Positions 11,055 through 20,797 of a DNA stretch of 64,000 nt are shown one piece after another. Below the pieces are notes generated by a model. The model was not told where the DNA came from and made no database searches. It worked only from the letters and a program-made list of their open reading frames with translations. Source of the DNA: an uncultured Spiribacter sp. GTDB taxonomy: Bacteria > Pseudomonadota > Gammaproteobacteria > Nitrococcales > Nitrococcaceae. Each line of letters begins with the position of its first letter. The first letter of the stretch is position 1. A program made the translations under genes and the position numbers. The stretch spans positions 6,714 to 70,713 of the forward strand of contig CALGDM010000007.1 of assembly GCA_937884605.1 (NCBI GenBank), read 5' to 3'.

Positions 11055-11981
11055 TTATTTTCGTCGTGCCCGCGGATGCGCCCGGTCATAGACCTCGGCC
11101 AGATGCTGGAAGTCGAGGTGGGTGTAGATCTGCGTGGTGCCGATGTCGGCATGCCCGAGCAGCTCCTGGACGGCGCGCAGATCACCGCTGGACTCAAGCA
11201 GGTGGGTGGCAAACGCGTGCCGCAGCATGTGCGGGTTCACTGGCCGGTCCAGGCCCTGGCGGCGCGCCCGGTCATTGAGCCGGGCCTGGATGGCGCGATG
11301 CGACAGCCGCCGGCCGCGGCGACTGACGAACAGGCCGGTCTCTTCGGCATCGGCCAGGGTATGCCGGACCGCGACCCAATCGGCGATGGCCTCGCGGGCC
11401 TTGCGCCCCACCGGCACGATCCGGGTGCGCGCGCCCTTGCCCAGCACCCGCAGTTCGCGGGGTTGGGGGCCGGTATCGTCGAGGTTGAGGGCGGCCACCT
11501 CGGCAAGCCGCAGGCCGGCCCCGTAAATCAGTTCGAACAGCGCCCGGTCGCGGCGCTCCAGCGGATCGGCGGTCTGCGTGGCCGTCGCCGTCGCCGGCGG
11601 GTCGAGCAGCTGCGCGGTGGTGTCCACATCCAGTGTCGCCGGCAGGCTGCGCGCCGCCCGTGGCGCCTGGATGTCGGCCCCGGGGTCGGTATCGACGCGC
11701 CCTTCGCGCTGCAGATAGCGGAACAGTCCGCGCGCGGCGGAGAGCTGGCGCTGCAGGGAGCGAGGCGACAGGCCCCGGCGATGGCCGCGACTGATCCAGG
11801 CCCGGATGTGATGGCTGCGTACCGATTCCCAGGTATCAATGCCGGCCTGCTCGAGAGACCTCGCCAGCCCGGTCAGGTCACGGCCGTAGTGCTGGCGGGT
11901 CAGAGGGGCCAGGCGGCGTTCATCGCGCAGATGGGCCTGAAAGCCGTCGATGTCCGCCCACAGACGCGCATCGCCGGCCAT
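11055..11981 (-). CDS. xerC: Site-specific tyrosine recombinase XerC
   Basis: The catalytic region reads [40 protein letters not shown] (R-H-R-Y set). The conserved context is dapF-yigA-xerC. Confidence 0.9.
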   Translation of the reverse strand: MAGDARLWADIDGFQAHLRDERRLAPLTRQHYGRDLTGLARSLEQAGIDTWESVRSHHIRAWISRGHRRGLSPRSLQRQLSAARGLFRYLQREGRVDTDPGADIQAPRAARSLPATLDVDTTAQLLDPPATATATQTADPLERRDRALFELIYGAGLRLAEVAALNLDDTGPQPRELRVLGKGARTRIVPVGRKAREAIADWVAVRHTLADAEETGLFVSRRGRRLSHRAIQARLNDRARRQGLDRPVNPHMLRHAFATHLLESSGDLRAVQELLGHADIGTTQIYTHLDFQHLAEVYDRAHPRARRK

Positions 11982-11983
11982 GG

Positions 11984-12685
11984 CTAGGTGCCGGCGCTGG
12001 CCCGGCGCAGGACCCGGGCGGCCAGTGCGCCCAGCTGACCGAGAAAGACCGTGCCCTGATCGGCGTGATAGCGATCGGCATCGCGACTGCCAATGGCGAT
12101 GAAGCCGCGGATGGGCGGCTCGTCCATGGGGATGACGGCCACCGAGCCGAGCCCGTCGGTCTGAGGGTCAAAAATCAGTGACAGATGCTCGGCATCAAGC
12201 CCGCCCAGCACCGGCTGGTTGCCGGGGAAGGCCGCTTCCAGCTGCAGCGCCCGCGAGTCATCGGTGCCGATGATGGGGGCGCTGGCGGTGGTCAGCTGGT
12301 CGTTGATCAGCAGGACCTGAACGACATCCGCCTTGAAGTCGTGGCGCAGCCCGTCGCGAATGGCCATCAGCACGCCATCGAGATCGTCCGCAGCCAGCAA
12401 CTCGAGGGTAAAGCGATGGATCTGCTCGACCAGTCGGTCGTTGTCGCGGGCCACCTGCAGGAGCTGATCGAGGCGTTCGGCCAGGGCATGGTTTTCTTCG
12501 CGCAGGATCGCGACCTGGTATTCGATCAGCGAGCGGTCGGCGCTGGTCGCGTGGGGGACATCGAGGGTTTTCAGTACTTCCGGGTGGCGCCGTAGCAGAC
12601 CCGGATCGGCGCGCAGGTAATCAAGCACCTGTGCCTCGTCGATGGGCTCCGCCGGCATCGCTGATTCGCCCGTCTGACCGCTCAT
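11984..12685 (-). CDS. yigA: DUF484 (GAF-like) protein, YigA family
   Basis: 233 aa located between dapF and xerC as E. coli yigA is. It has an N-terminal helical segment and a GAF-like C-terminus. Confidence 0.7.
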   Translation of the reverse strand: MSGQTGESAMPAEPIDEAQVLDYLRADPGLLRRHPEVLKTLDVPHATSADRSLIEYQVAILREENHALAERLDQLLQVARDNDRLVEQIHRFTLELLAADDLDGVLMAIRDGLRHDFKADVVQVLLINDQLTTASAPIIGTDDSRALQLEAAFPGNQPVLGGLDAEHLSLIFDPQTDGLGSVAVIPMDEPPIRGFIAIGSRDADRYHADQGTVFLGQLGALAARVLRRASAGT

Positions 12686-13521
12686 ATCGCTCCCGTTGTC
12701 AGTCTGCCCTCGAACACATGCTGCGCCGGCCCGGTCATCCAGACCGGATGGCCCTCGCCGCGCCAGTGTATCACCAGCTCGCCGCCGGTCAGCGCCAGTC
12801 GGACCGTGGCGTCGAACCAGTCGTTGAGGATACCGGCCACCACCGCCGCACAGGCGCCAGTGCCGCAGGCCGGCGTCTCGCCCACGCCACGTTCATAGAC
12901 CCGCAGCGCGCCGGCAGCGCGCCCATTGACCGCCAGAAAGCCCGCATTGACGCGGTTGGGAAAGCGCGGATGCGACTCCAGCGCCGGGCCCAGGGTGGCC
13001 ACCGGCGCCGTCCGGATGTCGTCAACACGCAGCACCACATGGGGATTGCCCATGGAGACCGCCGCCACCGACAGGGTCTGGCCGGCGGCCTCCAGCGCGT
13101 AGCGAGGCTGCCGGGTGGTGGCAGTGAACGGGATGGCGGCCGGCTCGAGGATCGGTGCGCCCATATCGACCCGCACCTGATCGGCATCGACCCGCTCGAC
13201 GCGGGTCAGGCCGGCATCGGTCTCAAGGCACAGATGATCGCCGTCATGCAGCCCCTGGTCGCGCAGAAAGCGGGCCATGCAGCGCACCCCGTTGCCGCAG
13301 TGCTCCACCTCGGTGCCGTCGGCATTCCAGATCCGGTAACGAAAGTCGGCATCCGGCCGGCGTGCCGGCGCGGCCATCAGCACCTGGTCGCAGCCAATTC
13401 CATAGCGCCGGTCGGCGATCCGGCGGATCCACTCCGGCGTGGGCTGGATGGACTGACGGATGGCATCGAGCACGACAAAGTCGTTGCCGAGCCCCTGCAG
13501 CTTGGAAAACGCCAGGGTCAT
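12682..13521 (-). CDS. dapF: Diaminopimelate epimerase
   Basis: FSKLQGLGNDFVVLD and the two catalytic Cys contexts (VEHCGNGVRC and GETPACGTGACA) are present. Confidence 0.93.
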   Translation of the reverse strand: MTLAFSKLQGLGNDFVVLDAIRQSIQPTPEWIRRIADRRYGIGCDQVLMAAPARRPDADFRYRIWNADGTEVEHCGNGVRCMARFLRDQGLHDGDHLCLETDAGLTRVERVDADQVRVDMGAPILEPAAIPFTATTRQPRYALEAAGQTLSVAAVSMGNPHVVLRVDDIRTAPVATLGPALESHPRFPNRVNAGFLAVNGRAAGALRVYERGVGETPACGTGACAAVVAGILNDWFDATVRLALTGGELVIHWRGEGHPVWMTGPAQHVFEGRLTTGAI

Positions 13522-14759
13522 GGCGATGCCAGCAGGTGCTCGCCCTGCCAGAGTGCTTCGAGCGGCTCGCGCTCGCGGATCAGATGCGCCTGATCGCCAT
13601 CCACCAGCACTTCGGCGGGGCGCGGCCGGGCGTTGTATTGCGAGGCCATGACAAAGCCATAGGCGCCGGTGGCATGGATGGCCAGCAGGCTGCCCGGGCG
13701 CAGTGCCAGGGAGCGCTCGCTGCCGAGGGTATCGGCGCTTTCGCAGACCGGCCCGACGATGTCGTAGAGGCGCGGGTCGGCGTCCACCGGCTCGGCCGTC
13801 TCGATGCGCTGCCAGGCGTTGTAGAGCGCCGGGCGCAGCAGGTCGGTCATCGCCGCATCGACAATCGCGAAGTCGCGGTGGCCGGGCTTGAGGTACTCCA
13901 CCCGGGTCAGCAGCAGGCCCGCTTCGCCCACCAGCGCCCGGCCCGGTTCCATGAGCAGGGTCTGGCGCCGGCCGGCGAGCAGCGGGCCAAGTCGCTCGGC
14001 CAGCGCGGCGGGCGTGGGCGGTGTTTCGTCCTCGTAGCGGATCCCCAGACCACCGCCGATATCGAGATGGGTCAGGGGGATGCCGTCGGCCTCCAGCCGA
14101 TCCACCAGCGCCAGGCTGCGTGACAGGGCATCCACCAGTGGCTCGAGCTCGGTGAGCTGCGAGCCGATGTGGAAATCCATCCCGGTCACGTCAATGCCCG
14201 GCAGCGAGGCGGCATGGTGATAGAGCGCCTCGGCGGCCTGGATGTCGATGCCGAACTTGTTTTCCTTGAGCCCCGTGGAGATGTACGGATGGGTGCGCGC
14301 ATCGACATCGGGATTGACCCGCAGCGACACCGGCGCGCGCTGACCGCTGCGACCTGCCACTGCGTTGATGCGCTCGAGCTCGGCCGCCGATTCGATGTTG
14401 AACGCCAGGATACCCGCCGCCAGCGCCTGCTCGATCTCGGCCTCGGTTTTGCCCACGCCCGAGAACACCACCCGGGCCGGATCGCCGCCGGCGCGCAGCA
14501 CCCGTGCCAGCTCGCCGCCCGAGACAATGTCGAAACCGCTGCCAAGCCGCGCCAGCAGCTGCAGGATCGCCAGACTGCCGTTGGCCTTCACCGCATAGCA
14601 GATCTGGTGGTCAAAGCCGGCAAACGCCTGGTCGTAGGCCCGCCAGGCCGACTCGATGGCGGCGCGGGAGTAGACGTAGAGCGGCGTCCCGAAGCGCTCG
14701 GCGAGGGCCGGGGCCGGGCAGCCCTCGATATGCAGGATCTCGTCTGACCGGTGGATCAC
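13518..14759 (-). CDS. lysA: Diaminopimelate decarboxylase
   Basis: The PLP fold-III motifs are FGTPLYVYS, YAVKAN, HIGSQ, LDIGGGLG, CESAD and GAYG. The start is taken at the GTG at 14757..14759, which overlaps the lptM stop as GTGA. The 471-aa tracker ORF would run through lptM. Confidence 0.9.
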   Translation of the reverse strand: MIHRSDEILHIEGCPAPALAERFGTPLYVYSRAAIESAWRAYDQAFAGFDHQICYAVKANGSLAILQLLARLGSGFDIVSGGELARVLRAGGDPARVVFSGVGKTEAEIEQALAAGILAFNIESAAELERINAVAGRSGQRAPVSLRVNPDVDARTHPYISTGLKENKFGIDIQAAEALYHHAASLPGIDVTGMDFHIGSQLTELEPLVDALSRSLALVDRLEADGIPLTHLDIGGGLGIRYEDETPPTPAALAERLGPLLAGRRQTLLMEPGRALVGEAGLLLTRVEYLKPGHRDFAIVDAAMTDLLRPALYNAWQRIETAEPVDADPRLYDIVGPVCESADTLGSERSLALRPGSLLAIHATGAYGFVMASQYNARPRPAEVLVDGDQAHLIREREPLEALWQGEHLLASP

Positions 14760-14902
14760 GATGCGGTCTCCGCACTGGAGGCAGCGGTTTCGGCCTCGGG
14801 CATGTAGAGATCGCCCTTGACGCCACAGCCGGTGAGCAGGATTAGCGTGATCAGGGCCAGACAAGGCAGGATACGTAGCGACATGCAGACTCGGGGTTTC
14901 AT
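14756..14902 (-). CDS. lptM: Small lipoprotein LptM/YifL family
   Basis: The lipobox signal peptide is MKPRVCMSLRILPCLALITLILLTGC. It is followed by the family signature GVKGDLYMPE (E. coli YifL has LTGCGLKGPLYFP). The gene lies directly upstream of lysA/dapF as in many gammaproteobacteria. An alternative start is the ATG at 14884. Confidence 0.75.
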   Translation of the reverse strand: MKPRVCMSLRILPCLALITLILLTGCGVKGDLYMPEAETAASSAETAS

Positions 14903-14932
14903 GTGGAACACCAGTATAGGGGGACACAGGCA

Positions 14933-15604
14933 ATGGCGGAACAGCCGTTGGAGACAGTGGAAACGGGCGGCCCGGCGCCGCAATGCAGTGTCATCTGGCT
15001 GCACGGGCTGGGTGCCAGCGGCCATGACTTTGAACCCATCGTCCCGCAGCTGGGACTGCCGTCACCGGAGGCCGTTCGGTTTGTGTTTCCGCATGCGCCG
15101 TCCCGACCCGTGACGCTCAATGGCGGGTTGTCGATGCCGGCCTGGTACGACGTCTATGGCCTGTCCGCGGGGACGCCGCAGGATGAGCGCGGTCTGGACG
15201 AGGCCGCCGGCTGGATCGAGACCCTGATCGAGCGCGAGACCGCCCGCGGCATCCCGCCCCATCGCCAAGTACTGGCCGGATTCTCGCAGGGCGGCGCGCT
15301 GGCGCTGCATACCGGCCTGCGCTATGCCGAGGGACTGGCGGGCATCATGGGGCTGTCCACCTATCTGCCGCTGGCGGATCACCTGGGCCAGGCCCGGGCC
15401 GCGGCCAATCGCGACACATCGGTCTTTCTGGCCCACGGTCATCACGACCCGGTGCTGGCGTATCGCCTGGGCACCGACTCGCGCGACGCCCTCGAGGCGC
15501 TGGGCTATCCGGTGGAGTGGCGCGACTATCCCATGGAGCACCAGGTCTGCATGGAAGAGATTGCCGATATCGGCGCCTGGCTGCGCCGGGTGCTGGCCCT
15601 CTAG
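14933..15604 (+). CDS. Carboxylesterase/phospholipase family alpha/beta hydrolase
   Basis: [14 protein letters not shown], the nucleophile elbow GFSQGGALA, and HGHHDPVL fit the Abhydrolase_2 (carboxylesterase II-like) pattern. The ATG at 14933 is preceded by GGGGGA. Confidence 0.8.
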   Translation: MAEQPLETVETGGPAPQCSVIWLHGLGASGHDFEPIVPQLGLPSPEAVRFVFPHAPSRPVTLNGGLSMPAWYDVYGLSAGTPQDERGLDEAAGWIETLIERETARGIPPHRQVLAGFSQGGALALHTGLRYAEGLAGIMGLSTYLPLADHLGQARAAANRDTSVFLAHGHHDPVLAYRLGTDSRDALEALGYPVEWRDYPMEHQVCMEEIADIGAWLRRVLAL

Positions 15605-17004
15605 CCGTCGCCTTTGTGATCCAGCCGCCGGCGCGCCGCGGCCACCTGACGGCGGACCTGCGCCGGGGCGGTCCCGCCGATATGGTCGCGGGCCGCCAGG
15701 GAGCCCTCCAGGGTGAGCACGCCAAACACATCCTCGCCGATGGCCACTGAAAAGCGCTGCAGTTCGGCCAGGGACAGATCGGCCAGATCGCGGCCCTCGG
15801 CCACGCCATAGGCCACCGCCTTGCCCACGATCTCGTGGGCATCGCGAAAGGCCACGCCCTGCCGGACCAGATAGTCGGCCAGGTCGGTGGCGGTCGCGAA
15901 CCCCTCGCGGGCGGCGGCCCGGGTGCGCTCGCGATTGACGGTCAGCGCCGGGACCATGTCGGCGAACGCCCGCAGGCTGTCGCGCAGGGCATCGGCCGCA
16001 TCGAACAGCGGTTCCTTGTCTTCCTGGTTGTCGCGGTTGTAGGCGAGCGGCTGACCTTTCATCAGGGTCAGCAGGGTATGGAGGGCGCCGTGCACCCGCG
16101 CGCTCTTGCCGCGAACCAGTTCGGCCACATCGGGGTTCTTTTTCTGCGGCATGATCGAGCTGCCGGTGCAGAAGCGGTCGGGCAGATCGATGAAGCCGGT
16201 CAGCGGTGATGCCCAGATCACCAGCTCTTCGGCCATCCGCGACAGGTGGGTCATGGTCAGCGCCGCCGCCGAGACGAACTCGATGGCAAAGTCGCGATCC
16301 GAGACCGCATCCAGGGAGTTGCGGGTGGGCGCGTCAAAGCCCAGTGCCGCACAGGTCTGATCGCGGTCGATGGGGAACGTCGTCCCCGCCAGTGCCGCCG
16401 AGCCCAGGGGCATTTCGTTGGCGCGCCGCCGAACATCGTGCAGACGCGATTCGTCGCGGACCAGCATTTCGTACCAGGCCAGCATGTGGTGGCCAAAGCT
16501 CACGGGCTGCGCCACCTGCAGATGGGTAAAGCCGGGCATCACGGTATCCGCCTCGCGCTCGGCCAGATCCACCAGGCCGGCCTGAAACCGTCGCAGCAGG
16601 GCGAGGTTGCCATCGATGACCGTGCGCAGCCACAGGCGGATGTCGGTGGCGATCTGGTCGTTGCGCGAACGCCCGGTGTGCAGCCGCTTGCCCGCCTCGC
16701 CGATGCGCTCGGTGAGGCGGGCCTCGATGTTCATGTGGACATCCTCGAGGGCGGGATCCCAGGGAAACCCGCCGGCCTCGATCTCGGCCTCGATGGCTTG
16801 TAGCCCGGCGTCGATGGCCGCGCCGTCGTCGGCGCTGATGATGCCGCAGTCCGCGAGCATCCTGGCGTGGGCGCGGGAGCCGCGGATGTCCTCGCGATAG
16901 AGGCGTCGATCGTAGTGTTCCGAGGCGCTGAAGGCCGCCACGAAGGCATCGGTTGCCTCGCTGAAACGGCCACTCCAGAGACCCTTGGCGTCTGACTCGC
17001 TCAT
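15601..17004 (-). CDS. argH: Argininosuccinate lyase
   Basis: [14 protein letters not shown], the fumarate-lyase signature [12 protein letters not shown], and TGRSRNDQ are present. The start is set at the ATG at 17004 (or 17010). The 612-aa tracker ORF has a non-homologous 5' extension. Confidence 0.93.
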   Translation of the reverse strand: MSESDAKGLWSGRFSEATDAFVAAFSASEHYDRRLYREDIRGSRAHARMLADCGIISADDGAAIDAGLQAIEAEIEAGGFPWDPALEDVHMNIEARLTERIGEAGKRLHTGRSRNDQIATDIRLWLRTVIDGNLALLRRFQAGLVDLAEREADTVMPGFTHLQVAQPVSFGHHMLAWYEMLVRDESRLHDVRRRANEMPLGSAALAGTTFPIDRDQTCAALGFDAPTRNSLDAVSDRDFAIEFVSAAALTMTHLSRMAEELVIWASPLTGFIDLPDRFCTGSSIMPQKKNPDVAELVRGKSARVHGALHTLLTLMKGQPLAYNRDNQEDKEPLFDAADALRDSLRAFADMVPALTVNRERTRAAAREGFATATDLADYLVRQGVAFRDAHEIVGKAVAYGVAEGRDLADLSLAELQRFSVAIGEDVFGVLTLEGSLAARDHIGGTAPAQVRRQVAAARRRLDHKGDG

Positions 17005-17155
17005 GCCCATCCATTCCTGTCGACTGAGCGCCGCAGTATAGCAGCCGACCGGCCGACTGCAGCGGATGTCCGGTCTGTGAACCGGTTGGCGATATCCGTC
17101 GACGCGCTTTTCCATGCTCGAGCCTCCACTTGATGAGCGCCCGGGAGGGACCGAC

Positions 17156-17896
17156 ATGATGAAGATTGTGATTGCCTGCGAGCAGGCCGCCCTGCGTGAG
17201 CGTCTGGCGCGACTCGCTGCCAACCGGACCGGCTGCCGTATTGCCGGTGTTTTCGAGACGCCGGCGGAGGCGCCGGCCAGCCATCGCCGCGATCCGGTGG
17301 ACGCCGTGGTGCTGGGGGTGCGCGATGCCCGGCACCTGGCCGCGGCGGTGGCGTTGGCCAATGCCACGCCGGCCCCGGCGATCCTGCTGGCCTGCGAGAT
17401 GACGGATCCCATCGTCCCGCAGCTCGAGGCGAGCGGCATCGACTATGTCCTCGACAGTGTCCACCCGGCGCGTTTCGAGGCCGCCCTCGAGGCCGCCCGC
17501 CCCCTGAGCGCGGGCCAGATCATCCGGCTTCAGGCCCCCGGCGCCGGTGACGAGCGTCGCCATATCCTGTGTCGCCGCCGCAACGGCCTGAGCCTGATTC
17601 CGGTGGATGACGTGCGCTGCTTTGTGGCCGATCACAAGTACGTCAGCGTCCAGCACGATGCCGGTGAGGATCTGATCGAGGAGTCGCTGTGCGGTCTCGA
17701 GGCGGAGTTCGGGCAGCGCTTCCTGCGGGTGCATCGCAATGCCCTGGTGGCCCGGGATGCCCTGCGGGGGCTGGAAAAGGATCTCGATGGTCGCACCCGC
17801 GCCCGCGTCGATGGCAGCGACGATCCACTGCCGGTCAGCCGGCGCCGTCTGCCCACGGTTCGACGCTGGATAAGGAGCGCGGCTGCACCGGGCTGA
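17156..17896 (+). CDS. AlgR-like LytTR-family DNA-binding regulator with a degenerate (pseudo-)receiver domain
   Basis: The C-terminal LytTR domain is very close to P. aeruginosa AlgR ([30 protein letters not shown]). It occupies the AlgR position between argH and hemC. The N-terminal domain lacks the DD/D/T/K receiver residues (see finding). The ATG at 17156 is preceded by GGGAGGGA. Confidence 0.85.
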   Translation: MMKIVIACEQAALRERLARLAANRTGCRIAGVFETPAEAPASHRRDPVDAVVLGVRDARHLAAAVALANATPAPAILLACEMTDPIVPQLEASGIDYVLDSVHPARFEAALEAARPLSAGQIIRLQAPGAGDERRHILCRRRNGLSLIPVDDVRCFVADHKYVSVQHDAGEDLIEESLCGLEAEFGQRFLRVHRNALVARDALRGLEKDLDGRTRARVDGSDDPLPVSRRRLPTVRRWIRSAAAPG

Positions 17897-17908
17897 CGCT
17901 TTGCGTGG

Positions 17909-17953
17909 GGGCGATCAGGCGGTATTGTTGCGCATTATCGCAACTGATCGCCC
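17909..17953 (+). promoter_or_regulatory. Compound inverted repeat between the AlgR-like gene and hemC
   Basis: The outer arms GGGCGATCA (17909..17917) and TGATCGCCC (17945..17953) pair. The inner arms GTTGCG (17927..17932) and CGCAAC (17939..17944) pair around the loop CATTAT. No T-tract follows. It lies 25 nt before the hemC ATG. Confidence 0.3.
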
Positions 17954-17977
17954 GGCTCGCCCCGGGCCCATGCATTC

Positions 17978-18901
17978 ATGTCCACGACGCATCTGCGCAT
18001 CGCCACCCGCCGTAGTCCACTGGCCATCTGGCAGGCCGAGCATGTCGCCGAGCGGCTGCGGGCCCGCCACCCCGGGCTCGAGGTCGAGCTGGTCCGCCTG
18101 TCCACCCGCGGCGACGAGATCACCGATCGCCCGCTGATGGCGGTGGGCGGCAAGGCATTGTTCGTCAAGGCGCTCGAGGAGGGCATGCTGGCGGGCAAGG
18201 CCGACATCGCCGTTCACTCGATGAAGGATATCCCCGCCGAGGTCCCGGATGAATTCCGGGTGCCGGTGATCCTGGCCCGCGATGATCCCTTCGATGCCTT
18301 TGTCTCGCGTCACTACACCGATCTGCAGGCCCTGCCCGTGGGCGGTTGCGTGGGCACGGCGAGTCTGCGCCGCGAGTGCCAGATCCGCGCCCGGCGCCCC
18401 GATCTGACCGTGGAGTCGCTGCGCGGCAACGTCCAGACCCGGCTTGGCAAGCTGGAGGCCGGGGATTTTGATGCCATCGTGCTGGCGGCGTCCGGTCTGC
18501 GGCGATTGGGCATGGCGGATCAGATCACCCGCGCGATGCCCGCCGAGGAGAGCCTGCCGGCGGTGGGTCAGGGGGCCCTGGCCATCGAGTGCCGCGCCGA
18601 TGATCCCCGGGTGGAGTCGCTGATCCGCGACCTCGATGACCCCGACAGCCATGATCGGGTGGCCGCGGAGCGGGCAGTCAATGCCCGGCTCGAGGGCAGC
18701 TGCCATGTCCCGCTGGCCGCCTACGCGGTGCTGGAGGGCGATGACCTGTGGCTGCGCGCCCTGGTGGCGCGTCGTGATGGCCGTCAGGTGCTGCGTGCCG
18801 AGGGCCGCGCGCCCCGCCGTGAGGGCGAGGCCCTGGGCAACAAGGTGGCCGGGGACCTGCTGGCGCAGGGAGCCGGCGAGATCCTCGCCGATATTCAGTG
18901 A
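17978..18901 (+). CDS. hemC: Porphobilinogen deaminase (hydroxymethylbilane synthase)
   Basis: LRIATRRSPLAIWQAEHV, TRGD, GGKALFVKALE and the dipyrromethane Cys context LEGSCHVPLAAYA are present. Confidence 0.95.
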   Translation: MSTTHLRIATRRSPLAIWQAEHVAERLRARHPGLEVELVRLSTRGDEITDRPLMAVGGKALFVKALEEGMLAGKADIAVHSMKDIPAEVPDEFRVPVILARDDPFDAFVSRHYTDLQALPVGGCVGTASLRRECQIRARRPDLTVESLRGNVQTRLGKLEAGDFDAIVLAASGLRRLGMADQITRAMPAEESLPAVGQGALAIECRADDPRVESLIRDLDDPDSHDRVAAERAVNARLEGSCHVPLAAYAVLEGDDLWLRALVARRDGRQVLRAEGRAPRREGEALGNKVAGDLLAQGAGEILADIQ

Positions 18902-19707
18902 CCGCCGGGGACGCCCTGGCCGGCCGCCGGATTCTGGTGACCCGGCCGCAGGGCCAGGCCGACGGGCTGATCCACTGCCTTGAAACCGCCGGCGCGACGG
19001 TCCTGCACCGTCCCACTCTGCAGATTGTTGGCCTTGCCCCGCCGCCCCTGACAAACCCCCGCGCCGACTGGATCGTCTTTACCAGTCCCAACGCCGTCCG
19101 GCATGGCGTCGGCCGGCTGCCACCGGCGGTGAGTGGGCACGCCCGGGTGGCCGCGGTGGGGCCGGGTACCGCGGCCGCCGCACGGCGACAGGGCCTGACG
19201 GTGACTGCCGCACCGCGGGTCGGGGGCGGCGCGGATGACCTGTTGCGCGAGTCGGCCTTTGACGCCGGCGCCGATGCCCGGGTGCTGATCATTCGCGGCG
19301 AGGCCGGCCGTCGCCAATTGTCGGAGGCCCTGCGCGAGCGCGGTGCGGTGGTGGACGAATGGGTGGTCTACCGGCGCGTGGTACCGACCGGTGGACTGGC
19401 GATTCCCCGGGAGTGGCAGGCCCGGCCGCTTGACTGCACAATTGTGACCAGTACCAGTGGCCTGTCGGGTCTGCTCGGCATGGCGGGGTCAGGCGCGCTA
19501 GAGTGGGTCCGCAAAAGCCGACTGGTCACCGTGAGCGAGCGCATCGCGATGGCCGCCGTACGCGCCGGATGGGACGCGCCCGCCGTCGCCAGTGGCGCGG
19601 ACGACGAGGCAATAACACGGGCGGTGTGTGCCGCGCTGCAGAGAGAGAGCGATGAGCAAGACAGACAAGGACGCGCAGAAGGCCCTCGAGACGACCCCGG
19701 GCGATAA
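18898..19707 (+). CDS. hemD: Uroporphyrinogen-III synthase
   Basis: The GTG start overlaps the hemC stop (GTGA at 18898..18901). ILVTRP, WIVFTSPNAV and a HEM4-like repeat architecture are present. The 3' tail overlaps hemX by about 56 nt. Confidence 0.85.
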   Translation: MTAGDALAGRRILVTRPQGQADGLIHCLETAGATVLHRPTLQIVGLAPPPLTNPRADWIVFTSPNAVRHGVGRLPPAVSGHARVAAVGPGTAAAARRQGLTVTAAPRVGGGADDLLRESAFDAGADARVLIIRGEAGRRQLSEALRERGAVVDEWVVYRRVVPTGGLAIPREWQARPLDCTIVTSTSGLSGLLGMAGSGALEWVRKSRLVTVSERIAMAAVRAGWDAPAVASGADDEAITRAVCAALQRESDEQDRQGRAEGPRDDPGR

Positions 19708-20797
19708 TGGTTCGGCGCCGGATGATGCCTCGACGGCGGCCCCTGCCGAATCCGCGGCTCCGGCGACAGGACGAGCGCCCGGGCGCCTTGCCCTTTTCGT
19801 GGCCCTGCTGGTCGCCCTGCTGACGGCCGCGGGCGGGGGGTATCTCGTCTGGCAGATGCAGCAACTCGCCGACGCCCAGGCCCAACTGGCCACCCGCAGC
19901 GCCCTCGAGACCCTGCGCAGCGACCAGCAGAGCGACCTGGGTGAGCTCAACGGCCGCATCACCAACCTCAACGAACAGCTCGAATCGCGCCTGCAGTCGC
20001 TGGCCCAGCTCGAAAACCGCATGGCCGATCAGGTCAGTGCCCGTCGTGAACTCGCCGACCGGGTGGATCAGCTCTACCGCCGCATGAACTCCGAGACCGA
20101 TGACTGGCGCATCGCCGAGGCCGGTTATCTGGCCCGTATGGCCGTGCATCGCGTGCGCTTCAACGGCGATATCGCCGGTGCCCTCGAGGCCCTGGAGGCC
20201 GCCGATGTCCTGCTCTCGGGCCTGGGCGGCGTGGGCATCGACCGGCGCGAGGCCATTGGCCGCGCCGTCGATCAGCTGCTGGACGTTGATCGCATTGATC
20301 CGGTGGCCATCAACCGGGGGCTCGACCGGGTGGCCGATCAGCTGGGCTCGCTGCCACTGGCCGCCGGCATCCAGCGTTTCGAGACGCCTGACACCACGGC
20401 CGGGGCGCAGAGTGATGCCCCGGACGGCGGCTGGCAGGCACGGCTCGATCGTGCCGGGGATCGGCTCATGGCGGGGCTCAACGAGCTGGTCACGGTCAGC
20501 CGCGATCGCCAGGTCGAACCGCTGCCCGAGCCGGAATCCCGATTCCTGCTGCAGCAGAACCTGCGGCTGCAGATCGAGTCGGCGCGACTGGCCGCTCTGC
20601 GGGGCGAGCCAGCCACCTATGACAACGCCCTGCAGCGGATCGATGACTGGGTGGGCGCCTATTTTGATTCCAGCGCCGAGAGCGTGACCGCGGTTCGCGA
20701 CCGCCTGGCCGATCTGATGGACCAGCCGGTGGAGGTCGAACGGCCCGCCATTGGCGAGACGCTGGCGCCGGTACTCAATGACGGTGGTCAGTCATGA
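19652..20797 (+). CDS. hemX: HemX protein (uroporphyrinogen-III C-methyltransferase-like membrane protein)
   Basis: It has an Ala/Pro-rich N-terminus, one TM helix (LALFVALLVALLTAAGGGYLVW), a coiled coil and a conserved HemX C-terminal region. It sits between hemD and hemY. Start is the ATG at 19652 after GAGAGAGAG. Confidence 0.75.
   Translation: MSKTDKDAQKALETTPGDNGSAPDDASTAAPAESAAPATGRAPGRLALFVALLVALLTAAGGGYLVWQMQQLADAQAQLATRSALETLRSDQQSDLGELNGRITNLNEQLESRLQSLAQLENRMADQVSARRELADRVDQLYRRMNSETDDWRIAEAGYLARMAVHRVRFNGDIAGALEALEAADVLLSGLGGVGIDRREAIGRAVDQLLDVDRIDPVAINRGLDRVADQLGSLPLAAGIQRFETPDTTAGAQSDAPDGGWQARLDRAGDRLMAGLNELVTVSRDRQVEPLPEPESRFLLQQNLRLQIESARLAALRGEPATYDNALQRIDDWVGAYFDSSAESVTAVRDRLADLMDQPVEVERPAIGETLAPVLNDGGQS

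Noticed and set aside
11055-11981. A tyrosine recombinase as a possible marker of an integrated mobile element.
   Set aside because: It sits in the conserved dapF-yigA-xerC housekeeping context and has XerC-type motifs. There is no flanking tRNA, direct repeat, phage or transposon gene, or compositional break visible by eye.
13518-17439. The tracker's long versions of lysA (471 aa, reaching 14933) and argH (612 aa, reaching 17439), and similarly gpsA reaching 2253, hemF reaching 38968, hisB from 55900 and rsmB from 46619.
   Set aside because: In each case the 5' extension has no homology to the family. It is Arg/Pro/Ser-rich GC-frame noise and overlaps a better-supported neighbouring gene or the real upstream region. 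Homology begins at an internal ATG/GTG, often one that forms an ATGA/GTGA overlap or follows a Shine-Dalgarno sequence.
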